Origin: Fidelibacterota bacterium
GTDB taxonomy: Bacteria; Fidelibacterota; Marinisomatia; Marinisomatales; TCS56
Reading direction: 5' to 3'
Length of the DNA stretch: 64,000 nt
Assembly: GCA_043822705.1 (NCBI GenBank)
Contig: JBDRBK010000070.1
Span: 23,609-87,608, forward strand
Part shown: piece by piece, positions 28,326 through 37,642 of the stretch
Layout of the letters: every line of letters begins with the position of its first letter
Position numbering within the stretch: position 1 is the stretch's first letter
The notes under the pieces: generated by a model
Seen by the model: only the letters and a program-made list of their open reading frames with translations
What the model was told of the DNA's origin: nothing
Databases searched by the model: none
Translations under genes and position numbers: made by a program

Positions 28326-30404
28326 ATGATACCAACCGTTGAAGATTTGAAAAGCGCACCACTGGTGCATCGCAATAATGATTTGTTCAACCCTCCGGGC
28401 CTGGCGAATGCTCTGGGAACGGTCCAGGTGGCCGAAGATATTACCGGTTTCCGCGGTGTATATTATCCGCCTTACGGTGGTTCGGAAGCAGTCACCGGAG
28501 GGCTGTACCTGGATGGCTGTTATTTCCCGGCTCTGTGTGTTCCCATAACATATATCTGGTATCCCGACCGGATTGTGCGAACAGCTGAATATCGGGGCCT
28601 GTACCTGGAATCGATTACTTCGCTGGTGGTCGGCAAACAGGCGGTCATCGTCAGCTTGACGATCGAAAATCGCCGGGGCGAACCGGCACGGTTACCGGTC
28701 CAGCTACGCTTGCAGGGTAATGTAATCAAATCAATGGACAAATGGGCTAATTTTATAGCACCACAGGAATCTGATAATCTGGTCGACATCGACCAGGGTC
28801 GACAGGCGCTGCTATTTAACTCGCGCCACAGCACCGCCTGTGCCCTGCAAGGATTCGACGCTGCCGATGTGAAAGTCAATCGCCTGGGCGGTGAACTGGT
28901 ACTGGAACTGCAACCGGGAGAGCGGAGAACCATCTCGCTGGTATATGTGATCGGCGCGAGTGTGCGTGAAATCGGCCGGATTTACGACAGTATTATTCAC
29001 AACATCGACGGCCACCTGGAGCAAGCGCGTCAGGACTGGAATGATGAACTGGCCGCCGTTTTTATTCCCGGCAACGAGCGCTATTCCGGTTCGCTGCCGA
29101 TTTTGTACACCGACGATGAAGCGATCCGCCGGTTGTATCTGACCGGCATTATGGGAATGATCTATTTTAAACGCGATAACCCCCATTCGGTTTATGGCCG
29201 TGCCTACGATACGTTGCTGCCGCGCTACTGGCAGACCGTAACTTTTATCTGGGACTATTCCATCAGCTCTATGGCGCATGCGTTGTTGGATCCGGCAGTA
29301 ATGCGAAAGTACCTGGAGTACTGGATGGGGCTGGATACGCATAAACATTTCGGAACCGATTATCTCACCGGCGGGCCGGTTGGTCCCTGGTACGCCGTCA
29401 ATGATTTTGCCATGCTGTGGATGTCCAATGATTATCTGCGCTGGTCGGGCCAGCTTGATTGGCTGGACAGCACGGTCAGCCCCTGGCAAACGAACGGCGC
29501 TCCCGACCGCCAGGTACTCGACTATCTCAGCGAATACGCCGGCAGCTGGCGCAACTTCAAAGCTGACAGCGGTCTGGCCGATTACGGCGGGATCGATAAT
29601 CTGCTGGAATGCGTCAGCACCTATATCCACCAGGTGGCCAGTCTCAATGCCGGTAATGTTTTCAATCTGCGGTTCCTGGCCGGATTACTGGAAGCCCGGG
29701 GTGAAAAATCCGCAGCCGTACAGTTGCGAAGCGAAGCACAGGATCTGTTACGGAAAGTTCAGTCGCTATACGTTCCCGGTGGCGGTTACTGGAAAGCGCT
29801 GCATCCCGGTGGCGAGGCAGTGGAAGTCCGGCACTGTTACGATTTTATCACCACACTGAATACTATCGCCGACGATCTCACAAACGGGCAGAAGCGTGAA
29901 ATGGCCCGGTATTTCCGGGAGGAATTGCAGACGGAAGTCTGGATGCGTGCCCTCTCGCCCCGGGATCAGGATGCGATTTTCAGCATCCGTCCGGATCACC
30001 AGTGGAATGGAGCCTATCCAGCCTGGCCGGCCCAGACCGCCAGCGGTCTCTATCGTCTGGGGGAGACCGAGCTGGCTTTCAACTGGCTGCAGGGACTGGC
30101 AGCATCCGCTAATCAGGGACCGTTCGGGCAGGCGCATTTTACCGAACAGTCAGCTCCCCGGGAAGCCGGTGGCGCTCTGAAATGTCCCCCGAATATGCCT
30201 TACATCACCGACTGGGCGGTCTCATCGGGTGGTTGCTGGGTCAGCCTGATTATCGAATCAATTTTCGGCGTTAAAGCTACCATCCATGAAGGTATTACCG
30301 CCGTCCCGCAGTTCGGATCATTCGATCCGCGGGCCGAGCTGCACGATCTGCTTTACCAGGGGCGGCGCTATCATGTCGATCGTGAAGGCCTGAAAAAAGC
30401 ATGA
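28326..30404 (+). CDS. Putative six-hairpin (alpha/alpha)6 glycoside hydrolase, family unassigned
   Basis: 692 aa; beta-rich N-terminus, then helical domain with FIWD, LLEC, WNGAYPAWP; lies in a glycan locus. Confidence 0.55.
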   Translation: MIPTVEDLKSAPLVHRNNDLFNPPGLANALGTVQVAEDITGFRGVYYPPYGGSEAVTGGLYLDGCYFPALCVPITYIWYPDRIVRTAEYRGLYLESITSLVVGKQAVIVSLTIENRRGEPARLPVQLRLQGNVIKSMDKWANFIAPQESDNLVDIDQGRQALLFNSRHSTACALQGFDAADVKVNRLGGELVLELQPGERRTISLVYVIGASVREIGRIYDSIIHNIDGHLEQARQDWNDELAAVFIPGNERYSGSLPILYTDDEAIRRLYLTGIMGMIYFKRDNPHSVYGRAYDTLLPRYWQTVTFIWDYSISSMAHALLDPAVMRKYLEYWMGLDTHKHFGTDYLTGGPVGPWYAVNDFAMLWMSNDYLRWSGQLDWLDSTVSPWQTNGAPDRQVLDYLSEYAGSWRNFKADSGLADYGGIDNLLECVSTYIHQVASLNAGNVFNLRFLAGLLEARGEKSAAVQLRSEAQDLLRKVQSLYVPGGGYWKALHPGGEAVEVRHCYDFITTLNTIADDLTNGQKREMARYFREELQTEVWMRALSPRDQDAIFSIRPDHQWNGAYPAWPAQTASGLYRLGETELAFNWLQGLAASANQGPFGQAHFTEQSAPREAGGALKCPPNMPYITDWAVSSGGCWVSLIIESIFGVKATIHEGITAVPQFGSFDPRAELHDLLYQGRRYHVDREGLKKA

Positions 30405-31705
30405 TGGTAAATCTTATTGCAAGAGTGAAATTTACGCTGCAAGCACTGTCGATAATCTGCCTGGCCGCGATCGGTTTCGGCGGGTGTTTGACTACCAAAC
30501 AAATTGATGTTTCACAGGTGGACCGGACCATGCATGATGACAGATTCATTCAATTTCTAAACAACCTGGAACAATTATCCGACCCTCAGGAGCGCCAGCA
30601 GGCCGCCGACGATTTTATGGCCACTGTGACTGATACACCGTTGATAGAAAACGATTCCACCGTGGTGTTTCTGTATCAGGGAACCGTCGATAAAATCGGG
30701 ATTACCGGGGATATGAATTTGTGGGATGGCGTTCTGCCGCTGGAACGGATAGGGGCTACCGATTTGTTCTATCGGCGGATTTCCTGTGATCCCGCCGCCC
30801 GGCTGGAATATTGGCTGATCCCCGAACCGGGCGATCCGTTCGCGGTCGATCCGTTAAATCCGTACCGAATCTGGAACGGCCTCGGACCGGTGTCGGAACT
30901 GGCCCTGCCTGGTTACCGCCGACATCCCTATTTCAACGACTATCAGTATGGTAAAAAATGGGATTGCTCCACGCTCGACGCACTCGAACTGCCGCCGGGT
31001 GTAATGTCATATCCGCATCAGGTTCATGTTCACCTGCCGCCGGGTTATGACCGGAACGACCGGAAATATCCGACGGTCTACATTCAGGATGGTCTGGATT
31101 ATGCCGAATTTGCCATCGTGCCGGCGGTGCTGGACCAGTTGACGGCCGATGGACGCATCGAACCGGTGATCGCCGTTTTTGTGACGCCGCCTAACCGCCA
31201 CCAGCCGAAAATGCCCAACCGGATGACCGAATACGGCCTCAACGATGATTATGTGACTTTCTTCTGTGATGAACTGGTACCGGAAATTGAACGACGCTAC
31301 CGGGTTGAATCCGATCCCGGCCGAAGGCTGGTGGTTGGCGATTCTTTTGGCGGACTGATTTCACTCTACATCGGCTTTGAACGACCCGATGTTTTCGGTC
31401 TGGCCTATAGCCAGTCCGGATATCAGTCGTTTCAGGATGACCGGGTTATCAAAAAGATTGCCACGGCCGAACACCAGCCGGTCCGCCTGTATATCGACGT
31501 CGGTCTGTACGAAGAGAAAGTTGGCGTTGGCCTGCTGCCGCTGGCGGAAACCGATTTTCTGGCGGCTAATCGCCGTCTACGGCAGGTTCTCACTGAAAAA
31601 GGCTATGATTTCGTTTACCGGGAATACCCCGAGGGACATACCTGGGGAAACTGGCGCCGGCATCTGATTGACAGCCTGATCCATTTTTTCGGAACCGGAA
31701 ATTAA
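30401..31705 (+). CDS. Esterase lipoprotein (CE1/enterochelin esterase-like)
   Basis: FGGC lipobox-like motif; Ig/CBM48-like N-domain; LPPGY, GDSFGG nucleophile elbow, GHTWGNW. Confidence 0.85.
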   Translation: MMVNLIARVKFTLQALSIICLAAIGFGGCLTTKQIDVSQVDRTMHDDRFIQFLNNLEQLSDPQERQQAADDFMATVTDTPLIENDSTVVFLYQGTVDKIGITGDMNLWDGVLPLERIGATDLFYRRISCDPAARLEYWLIPEPGDPFAVDPLNPYRIWNGLGPVSELALPGYRRHPYFNDYQYGKKWDCSTLDALELPPGVMSYPHQVHVHLPPGYDRNDRKYPTVYIQDGLDYAEFAIVPAVLDQLTADGRIEPVIAVFVTPPNRHQPKMPNRMTEYGLNDDYVTFFCDELVPEIERRYRVESDPGRRLVVGDSFGGLISLYIGFERPDVFGLAYSQSGYQSFQDDRVIKKIATAEHQPVRLYIDVGLYEEKVGVGLLPLAETDFLAANRRLRQVLTEKGYDFVYREYPEGHTWGNWRRHLIDSLIHFFGTGN

Positions 31706-31718
31706 GCGGGAGCGAGCG

Positions 31719-32627
31719 ATGCGGATCGGAATCGACTTCGGCGGCACCAATCTGAAAATCGGTGTTTTTTCCCTGGATGGAAAAACGGTCACCTTTGAGG
31801 AATTGAAGGTCGACGAATTGGCGGCCGGCGGTGATTTCGCCGGTAGATTGCTGGAACAAACACTCCGTTTCGCGGAGCGATATCCCTTGAAAGGCGGCGG
31901 ATTAGCAGCCAAAGGACTGGTGGATACGCACACCGGTATCATCCTAGAGGATATCGGGGCCGGCGAACTGCTCGCCGGTTTACCGATGCGCGATATTTTT
32001 ACCAATCGCCTGGGAATTCCGTTTATTGTCGAAAATGACGCCCGATCATATGCCTGGGGCGAAGCTCGCTTCGGCGCCGGCCGCGGTTTCAAGGTGGTTG
32101 TTTGCCTGACCTTGGGCACCGGACTGGGCAGTGCGCTGGTCAAGGATGGTATGCCCTACGAGGGTTCCGATCCCCTGGGGGGCTTGCTGGGCGGGCATAT
32201 CAGCGTCGATCGCAATGGTCCCCAATGTGTCTGCGGGAATCGTGGCTGTCTGGAATTGTACTGTTCCGCCACCGCGCTGCGCCGGATCATCAGCGAACGG
32301 CACCCGGAACTGCTGACCGACGGCGATCCGTTGCCGGATTTCTTCGAGTCGGCCGACCGAATACCAGCCCGGCGTGCTACCTTCAATGAGTTTCTGGATA
32401 ACCTGGCAATTGGGGTGGTGAATGTGATTCATGCCTACGGACCGGAGGCGGTCGTGCTGGGCGGGGGCGTACTGAACAGTGCGGCGATAATTCTGCCGGG
32501 ATTAATTGAACGGGTGGGCCGGATGGCTTGGACATTTCCACGGGGGAAGATAAAGATACTGCCGTCGGAACTCGGGAACCGGGCCGCCGCTCTAGGCGTC
32601 GCCTTCCACCCACGACTGGGTATTTAA
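31719..32627 (+). CDS. ROK-family sugar kinase
   Basis: IGIDFGGT, ENDA, TLGTGLG, CVCGNRGCLE; no HTH. Confidence 0.92.
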   Translation: MRIGIDFGGTNLKIGVFSLDGKTVTFEELKVDELAAGGDFAGRLLEQTLRFAERYPLKGGGLAAKGLVDTHTGIILEDIGAGELLAGLPMRDIFTNRLGIPFIVENDARSYAWGEARFGAGRGFKVVVCLTLGTGLGSALVKDGMPYEGSDPLGGLLGGHISVDRNGPQCVCGNRGCLELYCSATALRRIISERHPELLTDGDPLPDFFESADRIPARRATFNEFLDNLAIGVVNVIHAYGPEAVVLGGGVLNSAAIILPGLIERVGRMAWTFPRGKIKILPSELGNRAAALGVAFHPRLGI

Positions 32628-32646
32628 CCGGAAATAGAAAAGGTAT

Positions 32647-34500
32647 TTGATTTTGGCGAAATTGACTGTTAAAACGGACCCGCTGGCGACACCATTGCCG
32701 GCGGATATGCGGGAATACTCACGGGGGTTGTACAATTGTTTTCCGACTTTTCCACTAGACGGAGGCATTTCCAGCGGTTATAGCGGTCTGGCGGAATTGA
32801 TCGCCGCCGAATGTAAAATTGGTCGGCAAGTGCTGGTGATCGACGGCTATAACGGTGTCGATTGGGAGATATTTCGTCAGAATCTGGCGGAGGAACTGGC
32901 GGTGCTGGACATTACCTCCGACTGGACCTCCATGTCGGATTGCCGGCAGGAGTCCGGGACAATCAGGCGACAACTGGAACCATTCCTAGGCGGGGATGAT
33001 CCTCTGTTCGGAACGCATTATCCGTATGGGCCGGAAGTATTTTTTGACGCGGCCACAATTGCCGAACTACGGATCGAAGCCACCATTCGGCGGGAAGTCA
33101 AGACCAACGGTATCAGCATTATTTATGGATGTGGTGCCGGACTGGTGGAACAGTGGGACCAGCTCTGGTATATTGATATTCCCAAGGACGTGCTGCAGGA
33201 ACAGGCACGCTCGGGCAGTCTGACTAATTTGGGTGAGCCCCGGCCGGTCGGCTTCGGAAAATTCTATAAACGTTCTTATTTTGTGGATTGGCCGGCCCAG
33301 AACCGCCAGAAACGTATTTTACTGCCCCGGATCGACCTGCTGGTCGACTTGCAGAATCCCGTTGCACCGGCTTTCATGACCGGTAACCGGTTCCGGGATG
33401 CCTTGAAAATTATTGCCCGTTCGCCATTCCGGGTTCGTCCCTGGTTTTATCCCGGTCCCTGGGGTGGCAAGTATATGCAGGGGCATATGGGACTCGATCC
33501 GGAGCGTCCCAATTTTGCCTGGAGTTTTGAACTGATCGCGCCGGAAAACGGCATCACCGTCGAGGCGGATGGTCGGCAGCTGGAGTTTTCATTCGATTTC
33601 CTGATGTACCAGGAAAACATCCGGGTTTTGGGTGACGCCGCCGCCCGCAAATTCCTTTATGAGTGGCCGATCCGGCTCGATTATCTGGATACGATCGACG
33701 GCGGTAATCTGTCGACCCAGGTACATCCGCGGCCGGATTACATCCGCCGGAATTTCGGGGAAACCTACACCCAGGACGAGACCTATTATATCGCCAATGC
33801 CAAGCCGGGAGCACGCGTTTATGTGGGACTGACCGAAGATTGCGACCAGGATGAATTCAGAGCCAGTCTGGAAGAGTCGGAAACAGCGGGTAAGCAGGTC
33901 GAAATTGATAAATATGTCAACAGTGTGCCGGTGCGACCGCACGACCTGATCATGATTCCCAATGGCACCGTACATTGCAGCGGCGCTGGCAACCTGGTTC
34001 TGGAAATCAGCGCCACACCGTACATCTTTACTTTCAAAATTTATGATTACCTGCGTCGTGATCTTGATGGTAACCTGCGGCCGATGAATATTCGTCGGGC
34101 ATTTGAAAATATTCGTCCCGAACGGCGGACCGCTTTTATCCGCGATAATTATCTGGCCCGGCCGCGGCTGATTGCTGAAGGGGCTGGCTGGCGTATGATG
34201 GAATTGTACGATCGGCCCGAGACGTTTTACGTCATTCATCGGCTGGAATTTGACGGTATGGTGGAATTGAATACCAGTGGCGCGGCCTATGCGATCAATC
34301 TGGTCGATGGTGAAAAGATCGAACTACTGACCACCGACGGTTTTTCAACCGGGCTGGCACGATTCGAATCGATGGTGGTGCCGGCGGTTGTGGGCAGCTA
34401 CCGGGTGATAAATCGCGGTCACCGGCCGGCCCAACTGGTGCTGGTGTTCGTGCGCCCGGAAAGCATGACCAACAAGGCTTTGAATGATCCCTGTGACTAA
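32647..34500 (+). CDS. Class I mannose-6-phosphate isomerase-like protein with N-terminal extension
   Basis: PGPWGG, LSTQVHP, QDETYY, NGTVHCSG...LEIS cupin zinc motifs. Confidence 0.8.
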   Translation: MILAKLTVKTDPLATPLPADMREYSRGLYNCFPTFPLDGGISSGYSGLAELIAAECKIGRQVLVIDGYNGVDWEIFRQNLAEELAVLDITSDWTSMSDCRQESGTIRRQLEPFLGGDDPLFGTHYPYGPEVFFDAATIAELRIEATIRREVKTNGISIIYGCGAGLVEQWDQLWYIDIPKDVLQEQARSGSLTNLGEPRPVGFGKFYKRSYFVDWPAQNRQKRILLPRIDLLVDLQNPVAPAFMTGNRFRDALKIIARSPFRVRPWFYPGPWGGKYMQGHMGLDPERPNFAWSFELIAPENGITVEADGRQLEFSFDFLMYQENIRVLGDAAARKFLYEWPIRLDYLDTIDGGNLSTQVHPRPDYIRRNFGETYTQDETYYIANAKPGARVYVGLTEDCDQDEFRASLEESETAGKQVEIDKYVNSVPVRPHDLIMIPNGTVHCSGAGNLVLEISATPYIFTFKIYDYLRRDLDGNLRPMNIRRAFENIRPERRTAFIRDNYLARPRLIAEGAGWRMMELYDRPETFYVIHRLEFDGMVELNTSGAAYAINLVDGEKIELLTTDGFSTGLARFESMVVPAVVGSYRVINRGHRPAQLVLVFVRPESMTNKALNDPCD

Positions 34501-34512
34501 TTCATTAAAAAT

Positions 34513-35625
34513 ATGGATAGTAGTATGACCAACACGGATTCGAGGGCAGCTTTTGTAAGTCTACGGCATATCGAAAAATATTACGACCGTAATCCGGTCC
34601 TGCACGATATCAATCTGGACATTGCCGAGGGGGAATTTGTAGTGCTGGTCGGTCCGTCCGGATGCGGAAAATCCACGACGTTGCGCATTATTGCCGGTCT
34701 GGAAGAAATCTCCAGCGGCGATTTATTCATCAATGGAAGGTTGATGAATGCGGTCGCGCCGAAGGATCGCGACATCGCGATGGTATTCCAGAATTATGCC
34801 CTGTACCCGCATATGAGCGTTTATAAGAATATGGCTTTCGGACTGAAGCTGCGAAAATTTCCCAATACGGAAATCGATTCCCGGGTGCGCGAAACGGCCG
34901 CCATCCTTGGCCTGGAAAATTATCTGGATCGGCGCCCCAAGGAATTATCCGGTGGTGAGCGTCAGCGGGTGGCGCTGGGTCGGGCGATCGTCCGCAAACC
35001 GAATGTGTTTCTGTTCGATGAACCGCTGTCCAACCTGGACGCCAAGCTACGGGTTCAGATGCGCACTGAAATCAAGAAACTGCACAAACAGCTCAAGACG
35101 ACCATGGTTTATGTGACCCACGACCAGGTGGAGGCGATGACCATGGGTGACCGGGTAGTGGTCATGGAAAACGGTTATATCCGGCAGACCGGTTCGCCGC
35201 TTGATATCTACCGTAAACCATTAAACAGATTCGTCGCCGGATTTATCGGATCGCCACCGATGAATCTGATCCGGCTGCGGATTGCGGCAAGTCCGCAGCC
35301 CTGTCTAATCGGCGACGATATCCGGTTGGAACTACCTGATTCCTTGGCCGGTCTTGTTAAGGACCGCATAGGTGAATCGGTGACAGCCGGCATACGACCG
35401 GAGGATCTCAAGTTGACCAGTGGTACCGGCGACCTGCTCGCCCGGGTTTCCGTTACCGAATTGCTGGGCAGCGAATCGAACCTGCATGTATCCGTCGGTG
35501 AAACCGCCCTGGTGGCACGGGTTGCCGCTGAATTCAAATTCGAAATCGGCGCGGCAGTCCAGTTGACGGTCGATACCGCTAAACTGCATCTGTTTGCCGA
35601 ATCGGATGGAAACCGAATCAATTGA
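34513..35625 (+). CDS. Sugar ABC transporter ATP-binding subunit (MalK/UgpC type)
   Basis: GPSGCGKST, VFQNYALYPHM, LSGGERQR, DEPLSNLD; TOBE tail. Confidence 0.95.
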   Translation: MDSSMTNTDSRAAFVSLRHIEKYYDRNPVLHDINLDIAEGEFVVLVGPSGCGKSTTLRIIAGLEEISSGDLFINGRLMNAVAPKDRDIAMVFQNYALYPHMSVYKNMAFGLKLRKFPNTEIDSRVRETAAILGLENYLDRRPKELSGGERQRVALGRAIVRKPNVFLFDEPLSNLDAKLRVQMRTEIKKLHKQLKTTMVYVTHDQVEAMTMGDRVVVMENGYIRQTGSPLDIYRKPLNRFVAGFIGSPPMNLIRLRIAASPQPCLIGDDIRLELPDSLAGLVKDRIGESVTAGIRPEDLKLTSGTGDLLARVSVTELLGSESNLHVSVGETALVARVAAEFKFEIGAAVQLTVDTAKLHLFAESDGNRIN

Positions 35626-35655
35626 TTCCAACTATGAGTGCATCGGAATGGAAAT

Positions 35656-37617
35656 ATGAATGTTGAACGCTGGAAAAATGCGACTCTTGTGCAATCGCTC
35701 GTTTGTTTCCTGGCGCTACTTATGATCAGCGGTTGCCGCTTTGATCTAATCGACCAGCCGGACAGCGCACAACCCGGAGCAACGATCGACATTACCGTAA
35801 AAATATCCGACAGTATCGACGAAACCAATAATCCCCACAAAGGCATTCTGTGCGTCCTGTTACCTATCGACTGGAATATCATTAGTGCCACTTACAGCGG
35901 TGATATCGGTAGTGGCATCATGGAACCCTCCGACCAGTGGGCGGACACGGCGGAATTTCATTACCCTGCCGCCAGATACACCGGCAATATGCATTGGGTG
36001 GGTCTGATATCCGACAGTGGCTACACTTACAGCGGCAATCCGTCGGTGACAATTGCACTGAACGTGCAGGTCGGGACCACGCAGGGCTGTTTTGACCTGG
36101 CTTATCTGGCGACCAAGGCCACCGGCGGGATTATGGGCTGGTCGCCACTCGCGTATCCGAATCGGATTGGTGTGCCGACGAGCTGTCAACCGGTCCCGGA
36201 ATATAAGGTCAGTACCGCCGACGACTGGAGTGACCTGTTCGATCGTTCCAGTGGTTGGACCGGTTCGGACGCCGTCTACTCGATCCCCCTGTCCGGGTAC
36301 GACCGTGCCGATGATCCTGATTACCGGGGCACCCTGTTCCTCTTCGGCGACACATTTATCGGTGATGTGGACGAGAATGACAAGCGCCTGAATCCCCGGC
36401 TGATTCGAAACACGGCGGCGCTGGTGCGCAGCCGAACCGCCGATCCCGACAGTACCGATTTTATCTGGAGGACGGAGCCCGACGGCGACCCGGTTCATGT
36501 CTTCGCCGCTGATACCCCCGAATCCCAGCCCGGTGACTGGATCTGGCCCATGGATGGCATCGCCATCGGTGGCATAACATATGTTTACGGACTACGGTTA
36601 AGCGAAGACAAGACAACCGGTTGGGGATTCCAACTGGCCGGTGTAACGCTGATCAGTTTTCTGACCGATTCACTGCCGGCGATCAGCAATCCGGAGCAGG
36701 TCGACCTGCCGTTTTTTGACATTGACACCGTGGCCGGATATCAGGCGGTTATCGGCCAGGCGGTGCTGGACATGACGGCCGGTTCCGGCAATCCGGGAGC
36801 CGACGGCTACATTTATGTTTACGGTCCCCGCAGTTACAGCGCCCAGAAAAAAATGATCGTCGCCCGCGTGCTGCCGGAACATATCCGTGAGCCGCAGCAA
36901 TACCGGTTCTGGGACGGCTGCGAATGGACCGCTGATATCAAAGCCAGCGCCGAGTTGGCCGGCAGTATTTCGCAGGAATTCAGTGTCACGCCGCTCGATG
37001 ACGGACGGTTCATCATTGTGTTTAATTACGGTACCAGTGTCGGAATAAATTTTGGAGAAAGTCCGGTGGGACCCTTCGGTTTTCCGCAGAATATTTACGC
37101 CTGTCCGGAAATTGAACTGAATTCCAATATTTTCGTCTACAACGCCAAGGCCCACCCGCATCTATCCTTGCCGGGAACACTGCTGATCAGTTACAATGTC
37201 AACACCTTCAGCCTGAGCGACCTGTTGAACCAGGCCGATATCTACCGGCCGCGATTTATTACTTTGCACCTGGACAGCGCCACGGTCGGGATCACCGCTG
37301 AAACGCCTGATGTGTTACCGCAGTTGGTCGATCTGGGGCAGAATTACCCTAATCCGTTTAATCCCTCCACCAGTATTAATTACCACCTGAGCCGGGATGC
37401 GCAGGTTAGTCTGGTAATAGTGGATCTGCGAGGCCGGGAAATCTGCACTCTAATAGACTGCCGGCAGTCGGCTGGTAATCTGCAGGTGCAGTGGGACGGC
37501 TGTGATTCCCGCGGTATTCCGGTCGCCGCCGGTGTCTATCTGTACCGGATTTCGGCCACGGCCCTGTCGACGGGTCTAACCCAGCAGTCGACCCGGAAAA
37601 TGATTTTAATTAAATAA
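35656..37617 (+). CDS. Secreted DUF4185/GH183-like protein with T9SS C-terminal domain
   Basis: ISGC lipobox-like motif; N-domain shared with the 26209 protein; GWTGSD...FLFGDT, WPMDG, EFSV, YNAKAHP; QNYPNPFNPST CTD. Confidence 0.78.
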   Translation: MNVERWKNATLVQSLVCFLALLMISGCRFDLIDQPDSAQPGATIDITVKISDSIDETNNPHKGILCVLLPIDWNIISATYSGDIGSGIMEPSDQWADTAEFHYPAARYTGNMHWVGLISDSGYTYSGNPSVTIALNVQVGTTQGCFDLAYLATKATGGIMGWSPLAYPNRIGVPTSCQPVPEYKVSTADDWSDLFDRSSGWTGSDAVYSIPLSGYDRADDPDYRGTLFLFGDTFIGDVDENDKRLNPRLIRNTAALVRSRTADPDSTDFIWRTEPDGDPVHVFAADTPESQPGDWIWPMDGIAIGGITYVYGLRLSEDKTTGWGFQLAGVTLISFLTDSLPAISNPEQVDLPFFDIDTVAGYQAVIGQAVLDMTAGSGNPGADGYIYVYGPRSYSAQKKMIVARVLPEHIREPQQYRFWDGCEWTADIKASAELAGSISQEFSVTPLDDGRFIIVFNYGTSVGINFGESPVGPFGFPQNIYACPEIELNSNIFVYNAKAHPHLSLPGTLLISYNVNTFSLSDLLNQADIYRPRFITLHLDSATVGITAETPDVLPQLVDLGQNYPNPFNPSTSINYHLSRDAQVSLVIVDLRGREICTLIDCRQSAGNLQVQWDGCDSRGIPVAAGVYLYRISATALSTGLTQQSTRKMILIK

Positions 37618-37642
37618 TTGCTACGGAATTCGGAAATCACCA

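Noticed and set aside
28812..29630. Long antisense ORFs (this one, 46453-47223, 41680-42387, 63126-63812 and others)
   Set aside because: They lie opposite well-supported genes and have no recognisable motifs.
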